64,000 nucleotides of DNA from Piromyces finnis finn. Lineage: Eukaryota > Fungi > Neocallimastigomycota. Under the pieces are notes generated by a model. It had not been told where the DNA came from, made no database searches, and saw only the letters and a list, made by a program, of their open reading frames with translations. The stretch is from the NCBI GenBank assembly GCA_002104945.1, contig MCFH01000019.1, forward strand, positions 310,001 to 374,000. The letters are read 5' to 3'. Positions within the stretch are counted from its first letter, which is position 1. Every line of letters starts with the position of its first letter. Positions 29,901 through 44,210 of this stretch are shown piece by piece. Both the position numbers and the translations under genes were made by a program.

Positions 29901-30601
29901 TTTTATATTATTTATCTTTTTTTATTTATTTATTTATTTATTTATTTGTTAATTTGTTTTGTTGCTTATTCGTGTATTTGTTTGTTTTTCTTGGTAATTA
30001 CTATAAGAAAAGGGCTTTATTTTTATTTCCTTATTATAATAAATAAATAAATAAATAAAAATAAAAATAAAAATATTAATATTACCTTTTTTATTTTAAA
30101 AAAATATACTTTTAAAAATTGTTTTTTTTTTTATTCCTTTTTTACCTTTTTTTTTTAATATTAATAATAATTATAAATATTTATGAGAATATATTGCTAT
30201 TTTGTTTATAGTTATTTTGTTAATTGATGAAATATAGTAATTTTTTCTTTTTTAAAAAGTGTTTTTATTACTATATCGTTTTTTTCTTTTTTTAATGTTT
30301 CAAAACGTTTTATTATAAATTTGTTTTTTTTTTAATTTAAAAAAAAATTAATTTTTTTTTTCAAAAAGAAAATAAAAAAAAGTGGAATATTTTTCTTTTT
30401 ATAATTTTTTTTTTTTTATATTTAATTATTATGAATACAAAAAATAAAAATTATTATAAAATAAAAAAAAAATGTTGCAATCTTTTCTTTTTTTTCTTTT
30501 TATTTTTTCAATTTATAATTTTGGATTATTCTATTTAAATTAGATGGATAAGTAAATAAATATATATAATATAAATGGATAAATATGTTAATATTTAAAT
30601 A

Positions 30602-30661
30602 AATAATAGTAATCTATTGATTTATTTTTAAAACTGCATAAATCAATAGATTACTATTATT
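30602..30661. repeat. Perfect 24-bp inverted repeat with a 12-nt spacer
   Basis: AATAATAGTAATCTATTGATTTAT - TTTTAAAACTGC - ATAAATCAATAGATTACTATTATT. Confidence 0.9.
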
Positions 30662-31186
30662 ATGTATTTATTAATAAATATACAAATATATTTTACAATA
30701 TATTATAATATATTAATATACATTGAATTTTAATTAAAAACTGAATAAAAAAATTTTATTAATAATTTTTCAAAAATATATATTATTGAATTGATTCTGA
30801 AATATATTAAATATTATTTATGGATATATAATTTCAATATTTTAATTTATTTTTGATATATTATAATATATGATATAATATATTTCATTCAAAAGATGAA
30901 ATGAGTTTTCAACTCTAAGAAATAATAAAATATTTAATTAAACAAACTGTAACTAATTAATTATAAAAAAGAACCAATGAAATGGTGCTTTCAATACATT
31001 GTTTATAATATTAACCAATAATTATTCTGTTATAATGTAAATATCTAAGAAATAATGTAGGAATACTCAAAGAAAATTGTGGCAATGTTGACAGCACAAT
31101 ACTAAAAAATGATACCAAGAAAAAAATGATACCTAAAATTATTAATTTATATTAATAATCAAAAAAATTACTTCTTAGCAGCTATG

Positions 31187-31264
31187 TTCAACAATCTATT
31201 ACTGTTTTATTATATAAATGTGCAATTCAACAATCTATTACTGTTTTATTATATAAATGTGCAA
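31187..31264 (+). repeat. 39-bp perfect tandem duplication
   Basis: TTCAACAATCTATTACTGTTTTATTATATAAATGTGCAA x2. Confidence 0.9.
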
Positions 31265-31507
31265 TTATTAAAGGTGTTTTCTTTATTCTTCATTTTTTAT
31301 ATTTATTTATTTATATTTGTTCCTTGCTCAATAAAAAAATTAACTGTATCTTTACTTTCGCCGTCACTATTTCTAATTAAAATTGAAGTGCATTAGTTGT
31401 TATTTCACTTTTTTTTTTTTACTAAAAATATTATTATACATTTATAAATTAATTTTTATTTTTTGTATTAACAATTAATTATTTTAATTGTTAATATTTA
31501 TATACTG

Positions 31508-31509
<2 letters not shown>

Positions 31510-31539
<30 letters not shown>

Positions 31540-32061
31540 CTTCCATATATCCTCATCTAACCCCCTGAGTTATATATGGTATGTGATTGTACATTATTGT
31601 ACATTGCCATATCAGAACGACGTCGGCACAATCATCCCTCTGGGCAGGGCTAATATGGAATGGCTTATTGCTCTTAACGATCCTATCACACAAAGACCGA
31701 GCTACCAACACCAGTGATCTCCTGAACCTTTATTGGCGAAGGATGATTAACGATGAGAACAACCCTCAAAGACCATAGTTAGTAATCTGTGAATTAATTG
31801 ATACCCCTTCCTACATATACTCTAAACTTCAGTGGGAAAACCGCTTGATACGGAGAAAACTACCAATCTGAATTAACTGCTTAGGGTAGAGTCCGGTGGT
31901 ATAGTTATACTTACCTGAATTGACCTTTAACCCCTATACTTTAAGCGCAAACCTGAAACAGAAAAATCACTAAAGAACTGTCAATTGCGGGGGTCGAACC
32001 AGAAGCCTTATGAATGCTAAGCGGGGGTCTTAACAACCAGGATAGAAACTGGAACTACAAC
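31510..32061 (-). mobile_element. SINE-like non-autonomous retroposon A (about 525 nt plus poly(A))
   Basis: Poly(T) on + at about 31508-31536. 12-bp TSD TTATATACTGTT at 31498-31509 and 32062-32073. GC-rich, no long ORF. Its head is homologous to element B. Confidence 0.85.
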
Positions 32062-32305
32062 TTATATACTGTTAGTGTAGTAGGTTTTGTCAAAGTTTAT
32101 TAATATGATTTAGGATAAAGAACTATTTTTACTATTATTATTACTACATTCATTATAAACTACATATATTTATTGTGGCTTCAATATACAATCTAACACA
32201 ATTCATGTATATACGTTTCAATACATTTGTCATACGTTTCACATATTTTACAAATAATCAATGGACATAGAAACTAACAATTAAATAGAATTATAATATT
32301 ATATA

Positions 32306-32837
32306 GTCGTTCCAGTTTTTATCCTGGTTGTTAAGGCGTTTCCTTAGCATACATAAGGCTTCTGGTTCGACCCCGCAGATGTCAGTGCCTGTGGATTTTC
32401 CCACTGGGTTTGCCATGGGTTGGGTTATGATATTCAGGTAAGTATAAATGAACTTTCTAATTTACTACTATGATAATAACACTCGTCTAGCCGGCCTGAG
32501 AGGGTCTAGTATACATGGTACATTCCAAATTAGAACTTAATAAGTGGTGACTTAGGCTATGCCAAAAACACATAATATTCCTTAATCAATTTAAGTGTAA
32601 ACATTAGGGGGCGGTTGACACGTGATCAAATTGACTATAAGAGGCTTAGCATTGTAGTTGTGAAATATCGTACAACGACATGCATCTAATGTACATGGAT
32701 TAAGTGAGCGTCGAAGCTGAAGAAACAGTATGACAGACCAGGAGGGTCACAACCACCTAGCAATAGGAATGAGCCAACGTTTCTCTAAGAACCACCATTG
32801 GAGCTAACTCTGATCGATGGGAGAAATGCACTCGGAA

Positions 32838-32890
<53 letters not shown>
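32306..32890 (+). mobile_element. SINE-like non-autonomous retroposon B (535 nt plus 50-nt poly(A))
   Basis: 13-bp TSD ATAATATTATATA at 32293-32305 and 32891-32903. B-box-like GGTTCGACCCC at 32364. 39/44 identity (32706-32749) to the LINE 3' end (55907-55950). Confidence 0.88.
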
Positions 32891-32893
<3 letters not shown>

Positions 32894-33095
32894 ATATTAT
32901 ATAATATTATATTATAATTATATATTTGTATATAATTTTGATATTTAAATCTCAAACAAAGATGAAGAGCTAGTTTTTTTTTTCTTTAAATATTAAAAAG
33001 ATATTTTAATAGTAATAGCATTGAAATTATTATAATTTTGATAAATTATAATAATAATAATAACAATAATATCAATAGATAATAGATAAATTAAC

Positions 33096-33810
33096 ATGAA
33101 ATTAATTTCTTTATTGTTTATTATTTATTACTATTTCTAATGCCAATTTTATTACTTTTTCATCTTTATTCAAAAGAGATAATACAAATTTTATTGAAGA
33201 AAATCTAATGAGTGAAGAATGTCTTGAAGAAGAGTTAAATTCAGAATATAGTAATTAATGTATGTCTACTTATATAGACATTACAAATTATGAAGAACAA
33301 TGTTCAGTTTTTAATTCTGAAAAATGTCAAATATTTTATAATGATTCTGATTTATCAAAGTATTATCCAATCTGTACTCAAGATGAAAAATCTAAAAATA
33401 TGTATAATCCAGTTATGTTTAAAAAATTAATTAATAATGTTAAATCTAAATGTTACATGAATGAGAATGATGAATTATGTCCACTTTCTATATTTAGAAT
33501 TACAAGCCCTAATACACCAATTGATTATCCTTTAATTAGAAATGATACATGTAAATCTAAAAAATGTACCGACTATTTTATTGAATATTTAAAGGGATTT
33601 GATATGGAATATTTTTCTTCTTTTGAAAAAATAAATCCAAATCGTAAATTTTCATATGAAGATATGATTATACCTAAACAATATATTTCTGATTTAAAAT
33701 CTTAAGAATGTAGATCCATGCATGTTACTAGTAATGCTATTACTATTAATAATAATAATATTATTATATTATTATTATTATCATTATCATTAATATTGTT
33801 ATATTAATAA
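33096..33810 (+). pseudogene. Pseudogene of a Cys-patterned secreted, probably GPI-anchored, lineage-specific protein
   Basis: Frameshifted signal peptide followed by LFKRD..SEEC..SEYSN*C..NYEEQC..SEKCQ.FY..CPLS..CKSKKCTD..LKS*ECR. Two in-frame TAA codons sit next to conserved Cys; hydrophobic C-terminus. Confidence 0.7.
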
Positions 33811-34599
33811 TAATATAATTAAATTGTTTACATTTTAAAATATAAAAATAACTCTTTTATATTACTCTTATTATTTAATTGCTTGTTATATTGCTTTAAA
33901 TATATTTTTAAAAAATCGAGTAATTGTTTTTAAAACATAACTAAATGATATGAAAAATAAAAAGATATATATATCTCATTAATTGCAAATATTGTAGAAA
34001 AGGTATATATATTTGTTAAAAGATATTAATAATGATAAAAAGTATAATTTAAACAAGATTAATTATATAAAAAACATTAATATAAGATATAAAACTGTTT
34101 CATATAAATATATATAGAAACGTTTTTATCTACTTTCAATAAATATTTATTAAAAATTTAATAAACATAAGTTAAGTAAACATATACCAATATATTTTTC
34201 TAATATAGGTTTACCTATAATAATAAGAAAATATATAATAAAAATATTACTATATTATTATAATAGTAATAAAAAGAATAATTAAAAAAAAAAAAAAAAT
34301 AATAATAAAAAAGAATAACAAATAAAAGAATAATAAAAGAATAATGAAAGTATAATAAATAATAATAAATGTTTAAATACAGTATTATAATAACATCTAA
34401 TTGGAATAAGGTATAATCAATATTAATATTATCGTTAATAATAATAAATATTTATAATAGTCAATAATACATAAAAATGAAAAATATATAATGAATGGTA
34501 TTATTAAAAGAAGAGTATTGAAGAAAAATTAAGGAAAAGTAATAATCCAAAACTAAATGTGATTCCTTAAAAAATTCTTTACTTTTTATTCATTCAATA

Positions 34600-35650
34600 A
34601 TGATCCTTTATTTTTTTATCTATTTTTTATTTAGTACAAAAAATGGCTCGTATTACTAACAATAGTTTCATCCAATCCAACAATAATATTTTTTTATAAT
34701 GCTTTTATTTTAAAAAAATATAAAATTCTATATAGAATAATTACTGAATTATAAAGTGAAATGAATATAATATTATTTATTAAAATTAAATTATTTTATT
34801 AGAATTAGACTCTAGTGTTTTAACTAATGATGACATTGGACATAAATGTCATCATGGTGGCAAAAACATTATAAATATGAATATTTAATTACTATTAATA
34901 AGTAATATTATTAACATTATCATAACAATTGATAAAAATTAAATTAGTGTATGAAATGTCGAAATTTCTATCAACTAAACTTTCATTTAATTATTGAAGT
35001 GGGTCATACATTTAATTTATTAATTATTAACAAACCTACAACTTGCGAAAGAAAATCATGACCATTAAGAATATTTGGTAATATATAAATATAAATATAT
35101 TATACTTTTATTCCATTTCTTCAATATTTAATTTTGGAACTTCTTTACATAAATGTTCATATATTGTTCATCAGTATTAATCATAAAATATTGATTACTT
35201 AATATACAAAGTTCAATTACATTTCTATGATTCTTTAATTTATCATTATTAAAAAGTGGTTCATTTAAAAAAATATTTTTTTTCTTGCCTTGCAATGTCT
35301 AATAATTTATTAGGATCACATTCATGTCTCAATCCTTCATAAAATGCTTTAGTATTCCTTTCATACTTTCTTATCTTTATACCCCTACACTTTTACTGTT
35401 ACTGAAAGCTATCTAATATAAAAACTATAATAAATTTATTAAAAAATTATATAAATTTTTAAAAAAAATATGAAATTATTAATATTTAAAATTTTTGAAT
35501 ATTAGCCAATTATTTTGTGATTTTGTTAATTTCAATAAAGAAATTGCTTTGGATGTGGTAATTTATTAAGTGCTAATGATGATGATGGAAAAAAGCAGCT
35601 AGATAATAATTGTAAAGCATCTCTAGAACTTTTACGAATATTAAAATTAA
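34600..35650 (-). pseudogene. Degenerate coding remnant, product unknown
   Basis: Short protein-like stretches (IRKSSRDALQLLSSCFFPSS; KYERNTKAFYEGLRHECDPNKLLDIARQE; IYILPNILNGHDFLSQVVGLL) broken by stops and frameshifts. Confidence 0.35.
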
Positions 35651-36965
35651 TATTTATAAAAATTTTGATCTGAGTTCAATTAAAACCAAGATACAATAAT
35701 CATTAATAAATATACTTAAAAAAATGTTAATAGGCCTTATAATGTTAATGAAACTCCAAATTAAAAGGATTTTTATTCATTTTGATAATACTAATTCAAA
35801 AAAAAAAAAAAAAAAAAAAAAAAAACAATGCATCTAATTATGACAAGTATAGAGGATATTATTCACCCGTTAGGATATAAGAACACACATGTTAATTTGA
35901 TTGGAAATGGCACGGACGCTTTTTTTAGTGTTCGGATAACAATTTTTAAACTTTGTAAAAAAAAAAAGACTAATTCATGATAATGAAAAGTATTAATAAA
36001 ATAGTAATCCAGTACATTATTTACCATATAAAGCATTAATTGTATTAGTATGAAAATATAAAAAGCAAAAGATATACTGTAGGAATAAGCAAAGAAAATG
36101 TAACAAAGTTGAAAACTTTATGTCATACCAAGAATAATAAGAATAAAAAATAAATAAGAAATATTTTAATATAAATTAGTATTAAAATAAATAATGAGTA
36201 GAATAATTAATCTAAAGTAATTAAATCATCCATTCACCATAATATATCTAAAATATCTGTTTATAAAAGTTGAATTACGTTTATAATAGATATAATAATT
36301 AATTTGATTATGTTTTTATAAAGTTAATATATTTTTATAATGTTTTAATAGATTGATTATATTGAATAGAATAATATATTTATTTCCTTATATTAATTAT
36401 ATATAATATATAATGATAAAAAAAAGATATATTACATATGAAATTATATAAATAATATTCATTCCTTAAAATTCAATATAAAAATTATAGGTTCAAATGT
36501 CCTGAAAAAAATACTTTTTTTTTTTTTTAATAATGTAACATATAATACATAGAATCTTTTTTTTTTTTTTTTAATTTATTCATTATTTAATGTTTATAAA
36601 AATTCATTTTTTAAATACCCATCTATAATAAAAAAAAAAACATTAAAAATATATTTACATTTTATGTCCTTCTAATTATAATTATGAACAAAAATGTATA
36701 TTATAGAAACAGAAAATCATAATGGATTAGAATTTTTTTTATTTTTTATGGTCAAACCTGACCAGATACATTTCATGAAATTATTTTAAATTTTAATTAA
36801 TTTTCTTTATTTTGATTATATTTAATATATCTCTTGCTGGAAATTTATTGGTAATTAATTTAAAAAGGGTGGACAAGATTTTTTTTATATAAATTAAAAA
36901 TTATTTAAGGGAACTTCTTTTTTTTTTTTTAAAAAACTAAAAGTTAAAATTTATATATATTTAAT

Positions 36966-37809
36966 ATGAGCGGTTGCTGTGGAGGATGTTGTTGTAATAA
37001 TAGCCAACCAAGCAAAGTAAGAAAGGTTGAAATTGAAAAGGATGTTCCTGTTGTAGATAGAAACATAAAAATTTATATTAAGAAACTTTCTGAAAATGCT
37101 TTCATTCCAAAACGTGAAACTGAAGGTAGTGCAGGAATGGATTTAAGAAGGTAAGTTTTTAGTAATTTTTATCGTATATAGATTTAGAATTTAAATTTTA
37201 TGTAATATTTATGTGAATATGGAATTGTTTTTTTTTTTATAAAAAATTATTTGAGTAAGGTGTATTAACATTATTATTATTATAAAATAATTAAAACAAT
37301 AACTAGTGCATATGATGAAGTTATTCCACCAAATTCAAGAAAAATAGTTAAAACTGATCTTGCCATTAAGATTCCAAAAGATTGTTATGGACGTATTGCT
37401 CCAAGAAGGTATGTAATATATACAATCTTTTAAAATTGTTTGAATTGAATTATTATTATTATTAGTGTTATTATAATTATTTTTATCTTTATATCATATT
37501 TTTAATGTATTTTGTTATTATTATTTTATTTTTTATAACTAATTAAATTCATTTTAATAAATGAAATATAGTGGTTTAGCAATTAAACATTTTATCGATT
37601 TAGGTGGTGGTGTTGTTGATTCTGATTACAGAGGTAATCTTGGTGTTATTATGTTTAATTTTGGTGAAAAGGAATTTGTTATAAAAAAGGGTGACCGTAT
37701 TGCTCAATTAATATTAGAAAGAATATATGTTCCAGAAGTAGTAGAAGTTGAAGAACTTGATGAAACTGAAAGAGGTGCTGGTGGTTTTGGTTCTACTGGT
37801 GTTAACTAA
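36966..37809 (+). CDS. DUT1: dUTP pyrophosphatase, 3 exons
   Basis: [33 protein letters not shown] and [12 protein letters not shown] (motifs I-V). Confidence 0.95.
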
Positions 37810-38512
37810 AAAAAAAGCAAAGTTGAAAAAAAAAACTATTAAACATTAATAGAATCATAACACTATTATTTTTTAAGTTTTTTTTATAATTTATATCTCA
37901 ATTCATTTAGTTATACTATATCTATAATTAGCGTTTTCATAAAAATGTAATTTATTCTTTCAATAATATTATTTAATTAATTAAAATTTTACAAAAAAAT
38001 ATACAAAACATTAAATATTATAATTATAAATAAATATATTCATTATATTCATAGTTAATATTAAGAAGAAATAAAAAAAAAAGGAATATCCATTTTATAA
38101 TATTAATAATCTTTTTATAAAAAAATATTAAACATGAATGAATATTTTAAGAGTATAGTATATCAAATGTATAATTTGATTTTAGTGATTGATAGAGTTT
38201 AATAAAAAGTTAATTTTTTTTTATTTTATTTTTTTCGTTGTATTAAAAAGTATTAAAAAAATGTGGTTATACCTATGGTATACATAATAGAAAAAAAAAG
38301 TGTTATTAATAATAATATGAAAAGAATAATTGTTATTGTGGAAGGTGTGTTAAAAAAAAGTTTTATAATAAATTTTTATTATAAAAATATTTTATTATAA
38401 ATAAATATATTAAAAAAAATTTTTTTTATTAATATTATTATTATTATTTGAAAATTGTAAAATTACCTTTTAATATTAATTTAGATATTAATACCCAATT
38501 TTAAACTTTTTG

Positions 38513-38546
<34 letters not shown>

Positions 38547-38810
38547 ACCACTTTTTTAAATGTATATATTTATTTCTTAATACTTAAATTCAACTTTTTT
38601 TTATATTTCAATAAAGTATAAAATATAAATATAACCTTAAAAAATAGATTATACAATTTCTTTGTTTTTTTTTTTTTTTTTTTTTTGTTCATTAATAATA
38701 ACGAAAACAATAAATCACAAAAAAGTCAATAATATTGTTGAATATATAAATTTAATTTATTTAAGGGTGATAAAATTTTTATAATTTTCTATTAATAATA
38801 TATTTATAAT

Positions 38811-41604
38811 ATGGATAATTCACAACAAAGTGATAGTTCAGCTATCCCGTTAAGTAATAGTAATCCTTCTCTTACTCAAGAATCATCAATACAAACTTCT
38901 ACAACTGCTTCAGTGGAAACTCCAAATGTTGATTCTCAACTAATATTTGATATTGATTTCAGTAATATAACTTTACCAACTGAAACCTCAGATGATATAA
39001 CATCAAATACTTCAAATACTTCAAAAATAGAAGCCTCAATTACTAATACAACAACTTCTTCCACAAATAATCCTACATCAGATTTAAAACAAACTCCTAT
39101 CAATCTCCCGAAATCAACATCATCAAATCCTCCTTCATCTTCTGAGGATACTTCAACACAGGACCTTACACTACCATTAACTAGCAATTTATTATCAACA
39201 TCACCATTAATTTCACAACCAGCTTTAACATCCATTAATCCTCCTTCTATCAATAATCCATTACCTCTTCCAATTATACCACAAGTTTATCCATTTCCGT
39301 TAAATTCACCATCATCACCATTATCTGCGGATATTTTAAAAAATATACAAAAATACCCTAACTTTAAAGCAGCTATTCCTCGTTCCCAATCTTTTAAGCA
39401 AAGACCACCAAAGCCAATATCACCTGTTACTTCTTCACCAAGACCACCACTCATTTCTAATCCATTAGCAGCAGCAGCTGTTGGTGCTAGAAAACCTCAA
39501 CCTCTTTTACAATCTAGACTTCCAAATCAACCTCTCACCCCAAATCTTCCATTAAAATCAACAACTACTAATCCAGTCATTAATCCATTAGCTAATCCTT
39601 TAGCATCCAATTTAACAAATCCAGCAACGTCATTAGTTACTCTTAATACTTTAGATTCATTTTACAATTCTACTTTAGAACAATTAAAACCGGAATTCAA
39701 AAGGAAATTTACTGAAGATTTTAATAAATACAAGGTAATTCTTTATTTTATTATAGTTTATATTGATGTTTGGAAATCAGATTATGTTTAAAATGAAATT
39801 TTGATTTGCCAAATAATTAAAAATTTCTTAATTTATAAAAGATAAAAATATTTATTTACTCTATAAATTGATTAAAACATTTATTTGAATGAAAAATCAA
39901 TAAATCTTTTATGAATGTCATAAAATTCCTTTTTTTTTCCCCCCTGTTATTATAGCTATCAATATTTTTCTTCTTTTATTGTTATTAATAATAATGCCAT
40001 TTTATTTTTTTTTTTAAAAATAATAGTTGGGTCAGATGAATTTAGATCAATTTAATACTAATTCAAAGGAATATTTATCTGATAATCAACAAAATATTTT
40101 AAAAGGTTTAAAAATACAGGTACATTATACAAAAGATTATGTCAATGAGTCAAATAAACAATTTTTCTTTATTTTATTTCATCAATTTTAATATATATCC
40201 ATTATACTTTATTATATTTCATGTAATAAGATGTTACCAAAACAAACTAATCCTACAGAAGATTTAATTAATTCTACAAAGAAGCGTAAATTAGATGAAG
40301 CATATCCTTTTTTTAATATGAACAAATTGAAATATATATTAAACTTTATATAAAAGATTTTCTTTTTTTCCTTTTTTTCATTTTTTATTTTCCTTAACTT
40401 TTCTATTTTTGTTGATCTTACTAATGCAGCCTCATTTAAAAAAGCAAAATCAGAAACAAATACCAGCATCAATTATATGGGTCCACCACCATCACGAATA
40501 AATCAATTCTTTCCAATTGATACACCAGGAATTGGGGGTAATAAAGTATCTAATACAATAACTAAAGCAGCTCCTGAAATTGATGTTACTAAATTAGATT
40601 CAGAAAGTTTAGGTGATGTTATGAAATATGTTGGTGTAGATTTGAAAGAAGAAACAGATAATATTTTAAGGGATAATGAAATTTTAAATATGCAACAACA
40701 GCAAATTAATCAGACAGATGATCGATCAAAGGCACAGTCATTTTTAAGTATTCCATATATGTCAAAAATGATAGAAGAAATAATTTCAAAAAATGAAATT
40801 ACAAAAGTTGATCCTGATTATTATAATTGTTTAGCATTAGCAGCTCAAGAAAAAATACGGGGATTAGTAGAACAAATGATTTTAGCAAGTAAACATCGTG
40901 TAGGTCTTCTTCACGACTATTTCATGGAAGAAAGTAAAGCAAATAATTCAAAGGCAGCTGATGGTGAAGAAACCTATGAATTTTCTGTAGCTATTAAAGA
41001 TGATGTAAAAAAATCACTTCAACTCATTGAACGTCATGAAAGAGATAAAGAACGTAAAGAACGTCAACGTCGTGGTGAAGAAGAAGAAGGTCGTGGTGAT
41101 GGTAAAGATGGTGATCCTTCCAAGGGTGGATCATCTAAGCGTAAAAAGAATAAAACAATAAAAAATAAGGATGTACCGGATGCAGTAAAGCAAAGAATTA
41201 CCAATGAAACAGCTTTAAGAGCAGCTGGTGGATCAGGTAAAAAATATAGTTGGATGACTCAAAGTTCTAATGATGAATGGCGTGCTAGTTCTTCACTTCA
41301 TTTCCATAAGAGTAGTTCACAGTCAAAGGGTGATAGTTTAGATAAGAAATCCGGAGATGAAAGTAAGAGTTTTGATGGAATAAAAAGAAGTTTTGGTAGT
41401 TCCAAGAGTGGAAAGTCAAGTAGTGGTTTGTCAAAGAAGAAAGATGGTCATTCAGGTTCAAGTTCTAAAAATCGTAATGCTCTTCGTCGTACTATTTCTC
41501 AAAAAGATATGTATCGTGTTATTTTAAAGGATGCTATATTTATATTGGAAAATGACAAATTTTATAAACGTAGTGATTTATTATATAAATGGTATACAAT
41601 GTAG
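38811..41604 (+). CDS. TAF4: TFIID subunit TAF4, multi-exon
   Basis: SLGDVMKYVGVDLKEE, histone fold LALAAQEKIRGLVEQMILASKHR, NETALRAAGG.GKKYSWM and C-terminal ILKDAIFILEND; Pro/Ser/Thr-rich N-terminus. Confidence 0.88.
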
Positions 41605-41803
41605 ATTAACCGTAGATGATCAACATGAAAATACCAACATTCATTTTAATTTTTCCAAGACAAAAAAAAAAAAAAAAGCATTATTATAAATTATCATTTC
41701 TCATTATAAAGTAATAAAATTTCTATCATTTCGATATTTAAAAGAAAAATTTTATATATATTTATACATACATACATACATATACTTAACATTATTATCT
41801 ATT

Positions 41804-41851
<48 letters not shown>

Positions 41852-42579
41852 GTAAAAGGGAATTATGAAAAGAAAGAAAGAAAGAAAGAAAAAAAAAGCC
41901 ATCTATGTTTTTTTTTTAATAGAAATTTTTAATAGATGTAAAATAAAATAACATCTTATAAATAATATTATATATATATATATTTTTTTTTAATAATAAT
42001 TTTATTTAAAAATATACCAAAAAAAAAAAAAAAAAAAAAATAAAAGTCTTGCAAAAAAAAAAAAAAAAAAAAGAATCTTTTAAACTTTATTTTTTCTCCT
42101 TTATATATTATTTTTGTTCCATTATTATTTATGTAGTTTTTTTTTTTAACTTTTTATCAAAATATATAAATTTGTTATCAGCATTTATACAATTAATAGT
42201 AGTCTAATCTACAAGAAGTATTATAACTAAATAATGTATTATTTATATACAATTTTAATTTTATTATTATTATTAGTATATATTAGTATAAATGGAAATA
42301 GTTATCAGAGGATAAACAATTCAATATTGGTATTTAGAGAGTGTGTCAATCCACCAATTTTTTTTTTTTTTTTTTTTTAATACATCTACCACTTAACTAT
42401 TTTTTAATTATATATAATTTTAACTTAATTTTTTTTTCTAAAATTTTATTTTAAAAAATTTACTACAGCTACAAATAATTTTATTTAAAAAGTTTCTGTA
42501 AAAAAAAAAAAAAAAGGATTTAATAATAATACTTATATACAAGATTTATACTTTTATAAATACGAAATAATAAAAAAAA

Positions 42580-44210
<1,631 letters not shown>

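Noticed and set aside
31587-31778. 63-aa ORF inside SINE A
   Set aside because: Antisense to the element, non-ATG start and no motifs; a by-product of higher GC.
31907-32061. U1 snRNA genes (ATACTTACCTG start on + at 31907 and on - at 32445)
   Set aside because: No U1-70K loop (GATCACGAAG), U1A loop (ATTGCAC) or Sm site follows. Poly(A) and TSD polarity show the elements read in the opposite direction.
32306-32385. Functional tRNA gene
   Set aside because: A B-box and a 5-bp/7-nt hairpin are present, but the loop is non-canonical and there is no proper acceptor stem or T-stem. At most tRNA-derived.
32306-32450. HDV-like ribozyme defining the SINE 5' end
   Set aside because: By hand I found no 3' partner for a 7-bp P1 starting at G1 in either element. 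An RNArobo or Infernal search would be decisive.
32488-32505. TAGCCGGCCTGAGAGGGT resembles a bacterial 16S rRNA segment
   Set aside because: Isolated 18-mer recalled from memory, with no flanking rRNA similarity; probably chance.
32716-32730. Hammerhead ribozyme core (CTGAAGA)
   Set aside because: No stem II followed by a separate GAAA and no cleavage triplet geometry; the sequence is explained by LINE homology.
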